The position numbers and the translations under genes were made by a program. Below, piece by piece: positions 30,161 through 41,300 of a stretch of DNA of 64,000 bases; the first letter of the stretch is position 1; every line of letters begins with the position of its first letter. This stretch comes from Minisyncoccota bacterium (GTDB lineage Bacteria; Patescibacteriota; Minisyncoccia; Phycocordibacterales; PALSA-1337): positions 19,296-83,295 of the forward strand of contig JBAZBL010000005.1 in the NCBI GenBank assembly GCA_041671485.1. Direction: 5' to 3'. The notes below the pieces were generated by a model. It made no database searches, had not been told where the DNA came from, and worked only from the letters and a program-made list of their open reading frames with translations.

Positions 30161-30802
30161 TTGGCGAACAGCCAAACCCTTGGGAGCTTCTCCACCCCCG
30201 GGATGTGGTGAGCCGACATCGAGGTGCCGAACTCCGCCGTCGATTTGAACTCTTAGGCGGAACTAGCCTGTTATCCCTAGAGTAGCTTTTGTCAGATAAT
30301 CTTCCGCGGCGTCTAAAGCCGACGGTCGGTTCACTTGGCTCTGCTTTCGCATCTGCTCGACATTAACGTCTTGCAGTCAAACCAGCTTGTGCCCATACAC
30401 TATCGGCACGGTTTCCATCCGCGCCTAGCTGATCTTTAGGCTCCTCCGTTACTTTTTAGGAGGATAGCGCCCCACTAAAACTGCCCACCAGATACTGTCT
30501 CCCGCCGTTTATGCCGGCGAGGTTAGAATATACATTTTTAAAGAATGGTGTTTCATCGACGGATCCACTCGCCCCAAAAGGCGAGCTTCAAATCCTCCCA
30601 TCTACGCTACGCATCAAAAACGTATAGTCAATATCAAGCTGCAGTAAAGCTTCTAGGGTCTTTTCGTCTAGCTGTAGGTAACCGGCATCTTCACCGGTAT
30701 TGTATTTTCACCGAGCGGGTCTCCGAGACAGTTCTCCAGTCGTTACACTATTCAACGCGTCAGAACTTACCTGACAAGGAATTGCGCTACCTTAGGATCG
30801 TT

Positions 30803-31578
30803 CACTTTTTCTCTTTTTTGCATAAATTTTCCTTAAATTTATAAGAGTTTTTGTTAATCTTTATGTCGCCATAAAGGTCGGACTATATCATCATCTTCTA
30901 TTCGTCGGTTCCAATCATTGAATAGAATCTGTCTTGCGTATAGTCTCTGAGGATTTTTCTGTTATTAATTCCTTTAAATTGTATTTTCTTTTTCTACCCT
31001 TACCCTCATTGATAATTTCTCTTAGATGTACAATTTTATTGAATCCTTCTTTTGTAAGATGTTCTTTATTAGCCATTAAATTGACTATTTTAGAGAAAAT
31101 CAAGAAGTTTTTCTTTTTATTTGCCGAAAGAAAATTAAAACGATCGAAAAATGGAATAACTTTTTCTTTTAAGGAATCAACCTTCGTTACTTCAAAATAT
31201 ACAACTCCATCATATCTTTCTCTGAGTGTTCCGCATTCAAAGATATTCTTAATGAATGCAAGAATCACTCGATCCTTCTGAGAAATATTAAATGAAGCAA
31301 GTACTTTCCACTTTCCTACATAATCCCGCCTTTTAATCATCGAGATGTTGAAGCTTCCTTCACCATCTGTGAACCCAGCAATATAATTGCCGATATCAGG
31401 TTTTATGTTTGTGAGCCATTTTTCATTCATGGCACACATTATAACAGAAATCTTTCCTGCTGATTGCCTGCACTTCAAAATTTTCACTTCCCAATATTAC
31501 ATCGGGAGAGTACTTGAAGATACTCAGGGTTTCCAGCATATAGCAAGATTTATTTGCGTAACTACAACGATCAATCTT
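30803..31578 (-). mobile_element. group I intron at 23S position 1917 (helix 69)
   Basis: Exons rejoin as GTAACTAT|AACGATCC; TGCTGGAAA, AATCAGCAGG, CAGAGACTA, GATATAGTCC. Confidence 0.92.
30915..31439 (-). CDS. LAGLIDADG homing endonuclease (single motif)
   Basis: YIAGFTDGEGSF, FNISQKD, VIPFF; C-terminus SSETIR overlaps the intron R element. Confidence 0.93.
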   Translation of the reverse strand: MCAMNEKWLTNIKPDIGNYIAGFTDGEGSFNISMIKRRDYVGKWKVLASFNISQKDRVILAFIKNIFECGTLRERYDGVVYFEVTKVDSLKEKVIPFFDRFNFLSANKKKNFLIFSKIVNLMANKEHLTKEGFNKIVHLREIINEGKGRKRKYNLKELITEKSSETIRKTDSIQ

Positions 31579-32297
31579 ATAGTTACGACCGACATTCACC
31601 AGGGCTTATGACAATCACCATACAAGTCTTGCGACTCGCACAACGCTATCATTTGACCTTCTGGCATTGGTCAAGTGTCACCCCCTATACTTCCTCTTAC
31701 GAGTTCGCAGGGAGCTGTGTTTTTGTTAAACAGTCGCCAGAGATACTTTAGCTGAGGCCCCTATTGCTAGGGGCAGGCCTTATCCCGAAGTTACGGCCGA
31801 TTTTTTGCCGAGTTCCTTGGAGACCTCTCACTCGTTCGCCTAGGGCTACTCGCCCTGACCACCTGTGTCGGTTTGCGGTACGGTTTTCACGAAAATATTC
31901 TTAGGAGCTTTTCTCGGAAGCGCGCTTTGATGCTTTTGCCCTTGCGGACTTATCTATTTTGCTTGGATATCACATCTAAGTGAGACTCCTCTTTAATGGA
32001 ATCATCCTCACAAAACAAACACAAATCCAATAATGTGCGCATCATACTGCACTTCGTCACTCCATCGATTTTCGCGAAAGTCACGGAATATTAACCGTGA
32101 ATCCATCGGGTGCGGCGTTTGCCATCCCCTTAGGACCGACTAACCCTTGGCTGATATACATTGCCAAGGAAACCTTGGTCTTTCGGCGTGGGGGTATCTC
32201 ACCCCCATTGCGGTTACTTGTGCCAACATTCTTACTTCGCAACGCTCCAGTGTGGGTCACCCCTTCACCTTCATCGCGATGCGAATACTCTCCTACC

Positions 32298-32442
32298 GCA
32301 GAAGTATCTCGCTATCGCTCGCCACTTCTAAAATCAAAGATAAAAAATCAAAGATCAAAGATAATCGCAAATGCGATAGATTTTTGATTTTTGAGATTTG
32401 ATTTTTGATCTTAGGTGTCGAACGTTAGTGAGACACCTCTGC
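32298..32442 (-). other. 23S intervening sequence at helix 45 (heptamer-repeat hairpin)
   Basis: ~145-nt near-palindrome replacing the short helix at E. coli ~1170. Confidence 0.85.
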
Positions 32443-33053
32443 CCTCAGTTTCGGTACTATGTTTGAGCCCCGATTATCTGCGGCGCGAAATCTCTCGATG
32501 AGTAAGCTGTTACGCTATTTTTGAATGATGGCTGCTTCTAAGCCTACATCCTCATTGTAAAAGAAATTTCACCACCTTAAGCGCACTTAACATAGATTTA
32601 GGGACCTTAAATAGAGATCTGGGCTGTTTCCCTTTTGTCCAATGGAGCTTAGCCCCCATAGACTAACTGCCACATAATGACCTTGCGTATTCGGAGTTTG
32701 ATAGGTCTAGCGATCTTTCGACCTGTCTAGACCTTCCAGTGCTCTACCCCGCAAGGGTAAATGCGACGCTAACCCAAAAGTTATTTCGGAGAGAACCAGC
32801 TATTACCGAATTCGATTAGCTTTTCACTCCTTACCACATGTCATCCGATAGTTTTGCACGGCTAAATGGTTCGGGCCTCCCTTCACCTTTCGGTGAAGTT
32901 CACCCTGCACATGGTAAGCTCATCCGGCTTCGGGTCTTATGTATACTACAAACGCCCTGTTCAGACTCGGTTTCCCTGTTGCTCCGGGCTCGCGCCCTTA
33001 GCAGAGCAGCATACATAAACTCGTTGGCTCATTCTTCAATAGGCACGCCGTGA

Positions 33054-33199
33054 CGGGTGCACCTCGCTACGCTCGGGCACCCTTAAATCAAAGATAAAAA
33101 ATCAAAGATCAAAGATAGGTGCAATCTCTGTGATAATTTTTGATTTTTGATATTTTATTTTTGATTTAAGGATGCACCGAATGCAATGAGGTGCATCCG
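33054..33199 (-). other. 23S intervening sequence at helix 25 (heptamer-repeat hairpin)
   Basis: ~146-nt near-palindrome at E. coli ~545; shares 33 identical nt with the helix-45 IVS. Confidence 0.85.
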
Positions 33200-33255
33200 C
33201 TCCGACTCCTTGTAGGCATATGGTTTCAGATCTATTTCACCGCCCTTCCGGGCTG

Positions 33256-33295
<40 letters not shown>

Positions 33296-34135
33296 TAGAA
33301 AAGTATTTAGACTTACCGGTTAGTTCCGGCAGATTCCCTCGAGGTATTCGTGTCTCGGGGTACTTAAGAACAAGATCAAAGAAGATATATTATTTTCGCT
33401 TACGGGACTATCACCCTCTGGGGTTCGTCTTTCCAGACGATTGTGCTAACAATATATTTTGTAACTTCTCTTCCTTAAAAAGGAATGACCTTGCCTTGCA
33501 ACCCTTATCGTATTGCTACAATAAGTTTAGTCTTCTCCGCTTTCGCTCGCCGCTACTTACGGAATGCATGTTTGTTTATATTCCACCTGGTACTGAAATG
33601 TTTTACTTCCCAGGGTACGCTTCTGTCTAGAGTAACTAAACAGATAATACGAGTTCATCGTATTGTGTTTCCACATTCGGACATCTCCGGATCAAAGGTT
33701 GCTCGGCACCTCCCCGGAGCGTATCGCCGCCACGCCGCGTCCTTCATCGCCTTTTCTAGCCTAGGCATCCACCATACGCCCTTAAATTCCCATTAGGAAT
33801 TCTAAGAACCGCTTGTTTTGTCACGCCATAGTTCGCGATAAGCGAACGACAGCGGACTTATTTACCTACATACTATCTTTTTTTGTCTATTGCAATCCGA
33901 CCCGGACTACAATAGATCGATACTTATCATTGAAATGATAAGTATCACTTTTGCTTGAATTATGATATTTTCAAATTACTGTCTCTCTGTAACTGTCAGT
34001 TTCCACCCTCCTTCGGAGTTTCAACATGACAATCAAAAACCGCTCTATTGAGCGGTCAAGAGTGCGCCCCAAGTGGGTGCACTATAGCCGCTTGGATTTG
34101 GTTTTTGTATTCATAATCATTCTGATGTAATTAAC

Positions 34136-34163
34136 ATACTATACTAGCCATTTTTAATGTCAA
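34136..34163 (-). promoter_or_regulatory. 23S-5S promoter
   Basis: TTGACA-16-TAGTAT; boxA-like AGTAATTTGAAA at 33969-33980. Confidence 0.72.
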
Positions 34164-34246
34164 GTTGTGGATAGAATATATTGAAATATACAAAACAAGC
34201 GGTCCTATAAGGATCGCTTATTTTGTGAGAACATTCAGGCAAAATA

Positions 34247-34936
34247 TTATTCTTTTTCAAATATATGTTGCGAGGTTTTTTCGATCCACTTTTGTGCAAC
34301 TTCTTTGCCACCAAGACCAAAGGAAAGACCTATGGCAAGAGCAGCTCCTGCAAATACTGCAGTGATGATCATTTGGATCAAACCAGGTGCAATACCGAGA
34401 GTAATAAGAGCTGTTAGAACTGCGAAGATCCAGATCGCCCACTTGACGATCCTTCCTGCCAATTCAGCAGACTTTATTTGTCCTGACTTTGCACTTGCAA
34501 CTACAAGCTTTTGCATAGCATTTGCAACTACTGCTGATACCATAAGTATAAGTACAGCAACAATTACATTTGGTAGATATCCTACGACACTGCCAAGGAA
34601 GATGTTAACTTGTGTCAAATTCATAATATCAAAAGACGCCATCAAGAAAATAACAATTATGAACCATTTGCAGAGTGAACCAACAAATCGACCAGAATTA
34701 AGATTGTGACCTGCTCGCTTCATAACATCTTCGAAGCCAGCACTTTTCAAGAGTGAGTCAACCTTTACCGACTTGAAGATACTTTCTACTATATGCTCTA
34801 CTAGAGCAGCGAGTACCCAGCCGATTGCAAATATAACGACAGCAAATAAGAGTTTGGGTACAAAAACGATCACTCCATTGCCTACGTTGAGGAGAGCACT
34901 TGTTATTGAGTCGCCCCAATTTTGAATGAACACCAT
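34247..34936 (-). CDS. TM-helix-repeat membrane protein (CmpX / MscS N-terminal-like)
   Basis: Two P.l..A repeats (VPKLLFAV, LPNVIVAV); AIGLSFGLGGKE. Confidence 0.8.
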   Translation of the reverse strand: MVFIQNWGDSITSALLNVGNGVIVFVPKLLFAVVIFAIGWVLAALVEHIVESIFKSVKVDSLLKSAGFEDVMKRAGHNLNSGRFVGSLCKWFIIVIFLMASFDIMNLTQVNIFLGSVVGYLPNVIVAVLILMVSAVVANAMQKLVVASAKSGQIKSAELAGRIVKWAIWIFAVLTALITLGIAPGLIQMIITAVFAGAALAIGLSFGLGGKEVAQKWIEKTSQHIFEKE

Positions 34937-35018
34937 AATATTTATGATTTATGCTTATAATTAATGCCTTGTAATACTATAATTGTATCACAGGTAGAAA
35001 TGACTAACTGTGGATAGG

Positions 35019-35645
35019 TTAATTCGTTTCAATCCCTATCCTATCTAGCAATGTTATATGTGGATAATCTAGAATATCCCTTACCAATCTATCATGAATA
35101 CCAAGGCGGTATTCGAAGTCTTGTGTCTCAAAAGCAGAATAAGCTATTTCCTTTCCTATTTCTGATTCTATAATCTTGATTATTGACTCTATCTTATTTA
35201 GATTCAATTCTTCTCCAACTATGAGTAGATCAACTCTAGAATCCCAATTCTGGATGAAAACACCTGCCGCAATTATAAGTTTTACCTTTCCAACGCTAGC
35301 AAATCTGCGTGCCAATGATTCATCGGCTTGAATACTCACAATTGTAAGTAGATTTTTGAGCGATTCATGATAAGTGAATTTTTCATTCAAGAGATATGCT
35401 GAACCTTTCAGCTTCTTATACAGCAATTTCTTGCCTTTCTGTATCTCAACTTCTTTAATTGCATTCTTTTTCTTTATTAGCCCAGCTTTGACAAGGATAT
35501 TCAGCTCTTTCTGAACAGCAGACTTTGCACACCTAACCCTTGTAATGATCTCTGCCAAGAAAAAAGGTGTTTGTTCATTGAACAAAAACATCCTCAATAA
35601 TTTGATCTTGGTTTGACTACCAAATATTGCAGTAAGTGCATCCAT
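35019..35645 (-). CDS. conserved hypothetical protein, wHTH plus nucleotidyltransferase-like
   Basis: FGSQTKIKLLRMFLFN; GVF...VDLLIVG..E.EIGKEI.Y. Confidence 0.7.
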   Translation of the reverse strand: MDALTAIFGSQTKIKLLRMFLFNEQTPFFLAEIITRVRCAKSAVQKELNILVKAGLIKKKNAIKEVEIQKGKKLLYKKLKGSAYLLNEKFTYHESLKNLLTIVSIQADESLARRFASVGKVKLIIAAGVFIQNWDSRVDLLIVGEELNLNKIESIIKIIESEIGKEIAYSAFETQDFEYRLGIHDRLVRDILDYPHITLLDRIGIETN

Positions 35646-35657
35646 AATATTATCTTA

Positions 35658-36086
35658 CTATTTCAATTCTACTTTTCCACCAGCTGCTTCGATTTGTTTC
35701 TTCCATTTATCAGCATCTTCCTTTTTTACTCCGTCCTTGAGTAGAGATGGGGCACCATCAACTAGATCTTTTGCTTCCTTGAGGCCCAATCCAAGAACTT
35801 CTTTAATAGCTTTGATAACAGCAATCTTCTGATCTCCTGATGCTGTTAAATGTACAGCAAATACAGTCTTTTCTTCATCTGTCCCTGCACCTCCTGCTGT
35901 TGGGGCAACTGCTACTGCAACTGCTTGTGCAGATACACCAAATCTCTTTTCGAGCAATTTTACCAATTCGTTGAGATCAATTACTGACATTTTTTCAATT
36001 GACTCTACAAGAGCCTTGAATTTGGCAGGTACTTCTACCTTTGTCTCTTCTTTCTTCTCCACCGTATCATTTGTTTTTGTGTCCAT
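35658..36086 (-). CDS. rplL: 50S ribosomal protein L7/L12
   Basis: [33 protein letters not shown]. Confidence 0.97.
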   Translation of the reverse strand: MDTKTNDTVEKKEETKVEVPAKFKALVESIEKMSVIDLNELVKLLEKRFGVSAQAVAVAVAPTAGGAGTDEEKTVFAVHLTASGDQKIAVIKAIKEVLGLGLKEAKDLVDGAPSLLKDGVKKEDADKWKKQIEAAGGKVELK

Positions 36087-36127
36087 ATAATTAATTATTA
36101 CTGATAAATCTAATAATACAACTCAAA

Positions 36128-36628
36128 TTATTCCTTGAGTCTATCACTTCTCTTTGCAATCTCTCCCAATACCATTACAAATCCTTGTATTGGTGAATTG
36201 ATCAGATTTACGAACATACCATGAAGTGTATTTATTGGTGGTATCATAGCTATCTCTAACATCTCTTCTTTTGCCATGTATTTACCATCGAATACACCAC
36301 CAACTATTGATACTTGATCTTTGAGTCTCTTCTGAAAATCAAACGCTCTTCTAGCTGGGGCTATGAGATCATCTCCATAGACAAGCCCAAATTCACCCAT
36401 AAGAACAGGCTTAGACCCTTCATATTTCTTATTTATAAGGGCTTTATCAGTCAATGTCTTCTTTGCAACAAAATAACCAATTCCTTCTTTTTTGAATTCT
36501 CGCCTCATCGTTGTAACATCGGAGACTTTGAGTCCATGGAAATTTACAAAGACAAGAGATTTTGCTTTATCCATTATCTTTTCAAGTTTCTCTATTATTT
36601 CTTTTTTTTGTTCTTTTGTTCTGGCCAT
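36128..36628 (-). CDS. rplJ: 50S ribosomal protein L10
   Basis: VFVNFHGLKV..MRR..VAKKTL; upstream of rplL. Confidence 0.95.
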   Translation of the reverse strand: MARTKEQKKEIIEKLEKIMDKAKSLVFVNFHGLKVSDVTTMRREFKKEGIGYFVAKKTLTDKALINKKYEGSKPVLMGEFGLVYGDDLIAPARRAFDFQKRLKDQVSIVGGVFDGKYMAKEEMLEIAMIPPINTLHGMFVNLINSPIQGFVMVLGEIAKRSDRLKE

Positions 36629-36679
36629 TTTATTTGTTTGCCAATTACTAAAAGTCGACCTTTATAAGGCCAACTTTAA

Positions 36680-36775
36680 TAAGAGTTTACCTCGGAAGGA
36701 CTTACTTCACCCGCATAGTTCCGTGAGGAACGAAAGTGGGCTTTTGCCTTCTGTCTTTGGCCTTACTCCCAAGAT
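36680..36775 (-). promoter_or_regulatory. L10 ribosomal protein leader
   Basis: CCAAAGACAGAAGG ... TAAGTCCTTCCGAGG resembles the L10-leader kink-turn consensus, upstream of rplJ. Confidence 0.7.
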
Positions 36776-36801
36776 AACATCAATCTCAAAAGAGATCAAG
36801 G

Positions 36802-39660
36802 CTATTCAAACTGTGACAAGAATAAATCTATAGTCTCAATGATTTGCTTTCTGTCAATTTCTGTCAATTTACCTTTCTTTATATGTCCTACATTTTTGCG
36901 AATATTCTTTGCAGATTTGATAATCTTTTTTTCTTTACCTTTCACTACAATATTTTCCAATTTGTCTATACGCTTTATCAATGATTTTGCTTTATTTGTA
37001 GAGCCGATAAGTGAAGTAATAAGCTTTTTCAATAATTCAAGATATCTCATAGAACTTTCTGTAATATCTATTGTCTTTGAAGAGGAGGTTGCCATAAAAT
37101 CTACGACTCCATTACCATCAAAGTCAATAAATAAAGTCTTGGAGGAAGAAGCAATTGGGTTTGAAACTGTATTTGATTGACTTAGTGGTATTACTTGGAT
37201 AGTAGTAGAAGCAATCATTGATGGTGATACTGGCAAATCGACATACTCCGCACTATCGATAACTTCTCCTCCTTTTGTCCTTTCAACATCAAGAGTGAAT
37301 GTACCAATACCAGTTCCATTTACAACAATTCCATATGATTTACCATTATCCGGCAAGTGGACGAACGTTTCCCCTTCATAATCTTCACCACTCATATATT
37401 CGAATCTACTTCCTGGTATCTTTTCTTCAAAGAAAGTGAGTACATCATCTTCGACTTCACTCGGTCTTGATATCATTCCTGTATGATTTCCAGAACTATC
37501 ATAGACGTGCAATTCGACTGGTGAATGAGTACTTATAACCATTTCGACTGGTTCAACTTCTTTGGTGTAATCTGGCTCACCACATGTCACTCCTTGCAAT
37601 TGTGTAACACTATTACATAGAGAATTATAATTACTATTTACAATGGCACTCTCAACAATCTTCTGTGTAATTGTTGATTCAAGAATATTTGCATGATTTG
37701 TATTCTTATCTTCTATATCGGAGATTTTATCCAAGTCTATAGACAAAACATCTCCGGCTTTGTATGTTGCACTCTTCGAAACTACTGTTCCATCGCCCAT
37801 ATTTGTAATGCCTTCTGTATAGCCAGAATTATCAGAATAATTTAGACTTTTAGTAGTGTTTTTATTCCAACCGACTATTGCCCATCGTGTTATAGAAGAT
37901 GGCCAAGAAAATGGATCTATAACAGCACGCACAATATCGGCAGCCAATATTAATGCTTGATTGCCTTTTATCGGAAAATTATAGTTGGAGATTACTGGTT
38001 CTTTTCTCACATTATGAGAATCACTGATAAATGCAGACTGTTCACTCGATGATTGAATATTCTGTGAATATGAACCGTCATTTAGTCCATCTATATTCGT
38101 AGAAGCAAATGCTATTGTCGGACCAAATATATTTGCAAAATATGTTGCAGATGGTAACAGTGAATATGCACTAGCCATATTTTGTCCCAACTGTCTTGCC
38201 ACATATTGTTTAAGTATTATTCCATAACCAAGCGATTGATTGTCTCCATGGAGTATTCCTCCTATTGCTTGTGGCGTGCCGAGATATGGTACTGCTATAG
38301 ATATTACAGAGTCTATGAGACTCTCTTTACCCATATCAACTAGCTTTTTTACCATATATTTTGCTACTAAGCCCCCATTGCTATGAGCAATTATTGTTAC
38401 CTTCCCTGTCTTTGATCTTGAAGCTAGATCTTGCACAGTATTTATTAAATTTTCTGTAGTTGTAGTACTAGACGGATTGCGTATTTCTGGTCCTTTCACA
38501 ACTTCATCTATCGGTTTTCTCCAATCATAGCCATATGGTCTCCATTCATTTATTGTCTTATCACTAGCAAGTCCGTCTAGAAAATCCATGAATTTACCTG
38601 ATATAGAATAGACACCAAATACATCATCTATTGGTTTGCCAGAATATATTGAAGGATCTGTGCTTTTACCATTTGTATCCAAGAATAATTTACGAACATC
38701 ATCATTTCTATTTGGTGGCCATAATGTATTCTCTGTTTTTATTCCTAGAGGCAAAGACTCTTGTTTATACAAGAAAGAAGCTTCTACGCCCGGCAAGAAT
38801 AATATATTTGAACAACATTCTCCTTGTATTTGTCCGGGATCAAATGGTGGTTCAGAGACAAGCCAAGGTTCAAAATCAACAAATCCTCTCACACTATCTC
38901 CTTTCAAACTTGCAGGAAGTGGACCATCTACTCTTCCCCACCAATTATTTACTGCAATAACTGTATCTGTTGAAAGATTATCAATAGCATAGTCATAGTT
39001 GCCAGAAATAGAAGAATTGACTATTTCGATAGATGGCCCTGTACTATTGTCCAAAGCATTACCAATACCTCCAACACTATCTCCTATATCACCATTCATC
39101 ATCAAAACAGGGAGACCTGCAGGACGTACCGTGATAGCTCTTCTATTCCTGCTAAACTTACTTCCTCGTATGAGAATATCACTTTCTTTTATATTTATGC
39201 CGTCAAAAGCATCATTTATTGTAGTTGTAGATATTATCCCTTTTGAATTATTGACGACAAAAAAATCATGCCCACTTATATCTGCATTTGAAATATCAAA
39301 ATTACCATTGTCTATACTCAAACCAAATAAGTCATGAATAGAAACGCGATCAAAGTCAGATCCTTGGCCTTTAATAATTAAGTTGCCACCATTTACAGAT
39401 ATTGATCCTGTTTTATCTCCTGATACTCCTCTCACCTCTACGCCAGGACCAATGTTCAGTGTTATTCCTGTCGGAACATTCACATAATCTTCGATAATAT
39501 ATGGACTATTTTCTTTGGTCCAAGCGGTGTTTTGCCATATGGAGCCAGCAGATACAACGGTCTCTGCATGAACAAGCTTTATAAAACCTATGAATAAAAT
39601 AGCGAGAACTACGAAAACAAAAGCGAGATTTGCAAGCAAAAAATATGTTAGTTTTTTCAT
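36802..39660 (-). CDS. large secreted protein: beta-helix N-terminus plus LCAT/lipase-like alpha/beta hydrolase
   Basis: Signal/TM; WTKENSPY, NNWWG; ILFLPG, YDWRK, IIAHSNGG, PYLGTP, GDGTV, HSPV. Confidence 0.8.
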   Translation of the reverse strand: MKKLTYFLLANLAFVFVVLAILFIGFIKLVHAETVVSAGSIWQNTAWTKENSPYIIEDYVNVPTGITLNIGPGVEVRGVSGDKTGSISVNGGNLIIKGQGSDFDRVSIHDLFGLSIDNGNFDISNADISGHDFFVVNNSKGIISTTTINDAFDGINIKESDILIRGSKFSRNRRAITVRPAGLPVLMMNGDIGDSVGGIGNALDNSTGPSIEIVNSSISGNYDYAIDNLSTDTVIAVNNWWGRVDGPLPASLKGDSVRGFVDFEPWLVSEPPFDPGQIQGECCSNILFLPGVEASFLYKQESLPLGIKTENTLWPPNRNDDVRKLFLDTNGKSTDPSIYSGKPIDDVFGVYSISGKFMDFLDGLASDKTINEWRPYGYDWRKPIDEVVKGPEIRNPSSTTTTENLINTVQDLASRSKTGKVTIIAHSNGGLVAKYMVKKLVDMGKESLIDSVISIAVPYLGTPQAIGGILHGDNQSLGYGIILKQYVARQLGQNMASAYSLLPSATYFANIFGPTIAFASTNIDGLNDGSYSQNIQSSSEQSAFISDSHNVRKEPVISNYNFPIKGNQALILAADIVRAVIDPFSWPSSITRWAIVGWNKNTTKSLNYSDNSGYTEGITNMGDGTVVSKSATYKAGDVLSIDLDKISDIEDKNTNHANILESTITQKIVESAIVNSNYNSLCNSVTQLQGVTCGEPDYTKEVEPVEMVISTHSPVELHVYDSSGNHTGMISRPSEVEDDVLTFFEEKIPGSRFEYMSGEDYEGETFVHLPDNGKSYGIVVNGTGIGTFTLDVERTKGGEVIDSAEYVDLPVSPSMIASTTIQVIPLSQSNTVSNPIASSSKTLFIDFDGNGVVDFMATSSSKTIDITESSMRYLELLKKLITSLIGSTNKAKSLIKRIDKLENIVVKGKEKKIIKSAKNIRKNVGHIKKGKLTEIDRKQIIETIDLFLSQFE

Positions 39661-39704
39661 CTTTTTGATACATTATTACTGATAATAATGTATCGTATCA
39701 GAAC

Positions 39705-39770
39705 GAGATAAAATCCTGATAAAATTCTCCTAAAATTTTGATAAAATCTTGCTGAAGAAATGATAAAATC
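39705..39770 (+). repeat. 66-bp dispersed repeat copy 1 with 11-bp periodic GATAAAAT
   Basis: 63/66 identical to 55586-55651. Confidence 0.9.
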
Positions 39771-39834
39771 CGAGGCCTACCCTCGGATACCAATACCGAG
39801 ATCGGATCTCAGTAAAAGATCTCGGTAAAATGCC

Positions 39835-39978
39835 CTATTCTTGGATCAATACCGCTTTTGATGAAGTATCTTCTACACTATATCGTCCGACGAAATAAAG
39901 AATAGTAAAACTGACTATCAATATAAATAAAAAACCAAAGAAAAACTTGAAGAAATTGCGATCGAATGGATTGACCAT
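39835..39978 (-). CDS. small membrane protein (47 aa), absent from the ORF track
   Basis: MVNPFDRNFFKFFFGFLFILIVSFTILYFVGRYSVEDTSSKAVLIQE*; TGCTATAAT 7 nt upstream of ATG. Confidence 0.65.
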   Translation of the reverse strand: MVNPFDRNFFKFFFGFLFILIVSFTILYFVGRYSVEDTSSKAVLIQE

Positions 39979-40081
39979 TGGTATAATTATAGCAAATCAA
40001 GATAACTTTGCCTTCTCTTTTCTCTATCTTCCTCCAAACATCTTTTGTAACATCGCTCTTGTCAGCAGATAATAAATATCA

Positions 40082-41197
40082 CTACAACAAATCATTTGGA
40101 GTAATAATATGTGTTGTCGCTTGCGGATACAACTTCAGAAAATATGTAAAGACAACATCCGTATCGCCCCATTTGCATTCATAAGCATCTATAACAGATC
40201 CTTTCTTCTCAACCACATCCACCTCAAGTCCTTTTCTAGTCCTCCAAAACATTATTTCAGGTGGAAATACAAAATTGTTAACACCCTCTTTTATTCGTTC
40301 ACTCATAAAATAGTTCTCAAAAATAAAACCTACATCATTACGATTACCAAGCGGAGTATCCATATCGACAACTGCATTTCGAACGCCAATATCCAGAAAG
40401 AAAACCTTGAAGGCTTTTTTGAGTTCAGTCCTAGGATTGTTTGAGAACGGATGAACAACTTTAATAATAAATGACTGTTCTAGTAAACGAAGGTATTTTT
40501 GAACAACAGAACGACTGATACCTAAATGAGCTGCTAATTCAGCTAGTGATACCAATGAACCAATCTGTAACGCGAGCAATCTAACAAGATCTTCGAAAAT
40601 ACGTGGATTTCGTATCGCTTCAAATATGAATACATCTTTATAAAGATATTGTGTCGCGATATTCTTGAGTATTATTTTTTTTTCTTCAGTAGATGACGCC
40701 GCAACAACTGCTGGATATGATCCGAACAACATTAAGTCATGTAAATCATTCATCGTAACCGGTCTAAATTTCTTGATTTCATCAAGTGAGAGCGGTAAGA
40801 GTGTAAATTCGAAGATTCTACCAGTCATTGGCTCATTTATTTTATTGGAAAGATCAAATGACGATGAACCCGTCGCGATGATTTGGGTATCCGGGTATGT
40901 ATCATGAAAAACTTTTAGAATAGTGCCTATATCTTGAATAGTCTGTGCTTCATCAAACACAACAATTTTTTTACCTTTGACTAAGGGTAATAACTCATCC
41001 GGTTTCCCGACAATAAAATGTTTTCTAACATCCGCCAATTGACAATCCCAATAAGCACCATCTATTCCATAAGAATTTATAAGCTTTTTAGCTAGGGTAG
41101 TCTTACCAGACTGTCTAGGTCCAAGAATAGCAATCATCTTGTCTTTGAAGAGAGATTCCATAATTCGTGCTTCAATTGTACGTTGGAATATAAGCAT
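40082..41197 (-). CDS. AAA+ ATPase with DUF4143-like C-terminus
   Basis: GPRQSGKTT, FDEAQ, TGSSS, GFIFEN, EVD..ECKW. Confidence 0.88.
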   Translation of the reverse strand: MLIFQRTIEARIMESLFKDKMIAILGPRQSGKTTLAKKLINSYGIDGAYWDCQLADVRKHFIVGKPDELLPLVKGKKIVVFDEAQTIQDIGTILKVFHDTYPDTQIIATGSSSFDLSNKINEPMTGRIFEFTLLPLSLDEIKKFRPVTMNDLHDLMLFGSYPAVVAASSTEEKKIILKNIATQYLYKDVFIFEAIRNPRIFEDLVRLLALQIGSLVSLAELAAHLGISRSVVQKYLRLLEQSFIIKVVHPFSNNPRTELKKAFKVFFLDIGVRNAVVDMDTPLGNRNDVGFIFENYFMSERIKEGVNNFVFPPEIMFWRTRKGLEVDVVEKKGSVIDAYECKWGDTDVVFTYFLKLYPQATTHIITPNDLL

Positions 41198-41300
41198 ATT
41201 ATCTATAATATAACAAATTGCTCTTTGAAAAGCAAATTGTACTGTGGATAACACAAAAACCCCTTTTTAGGAGTTTTTGTTCGCTCTTAATCTTTATTAT

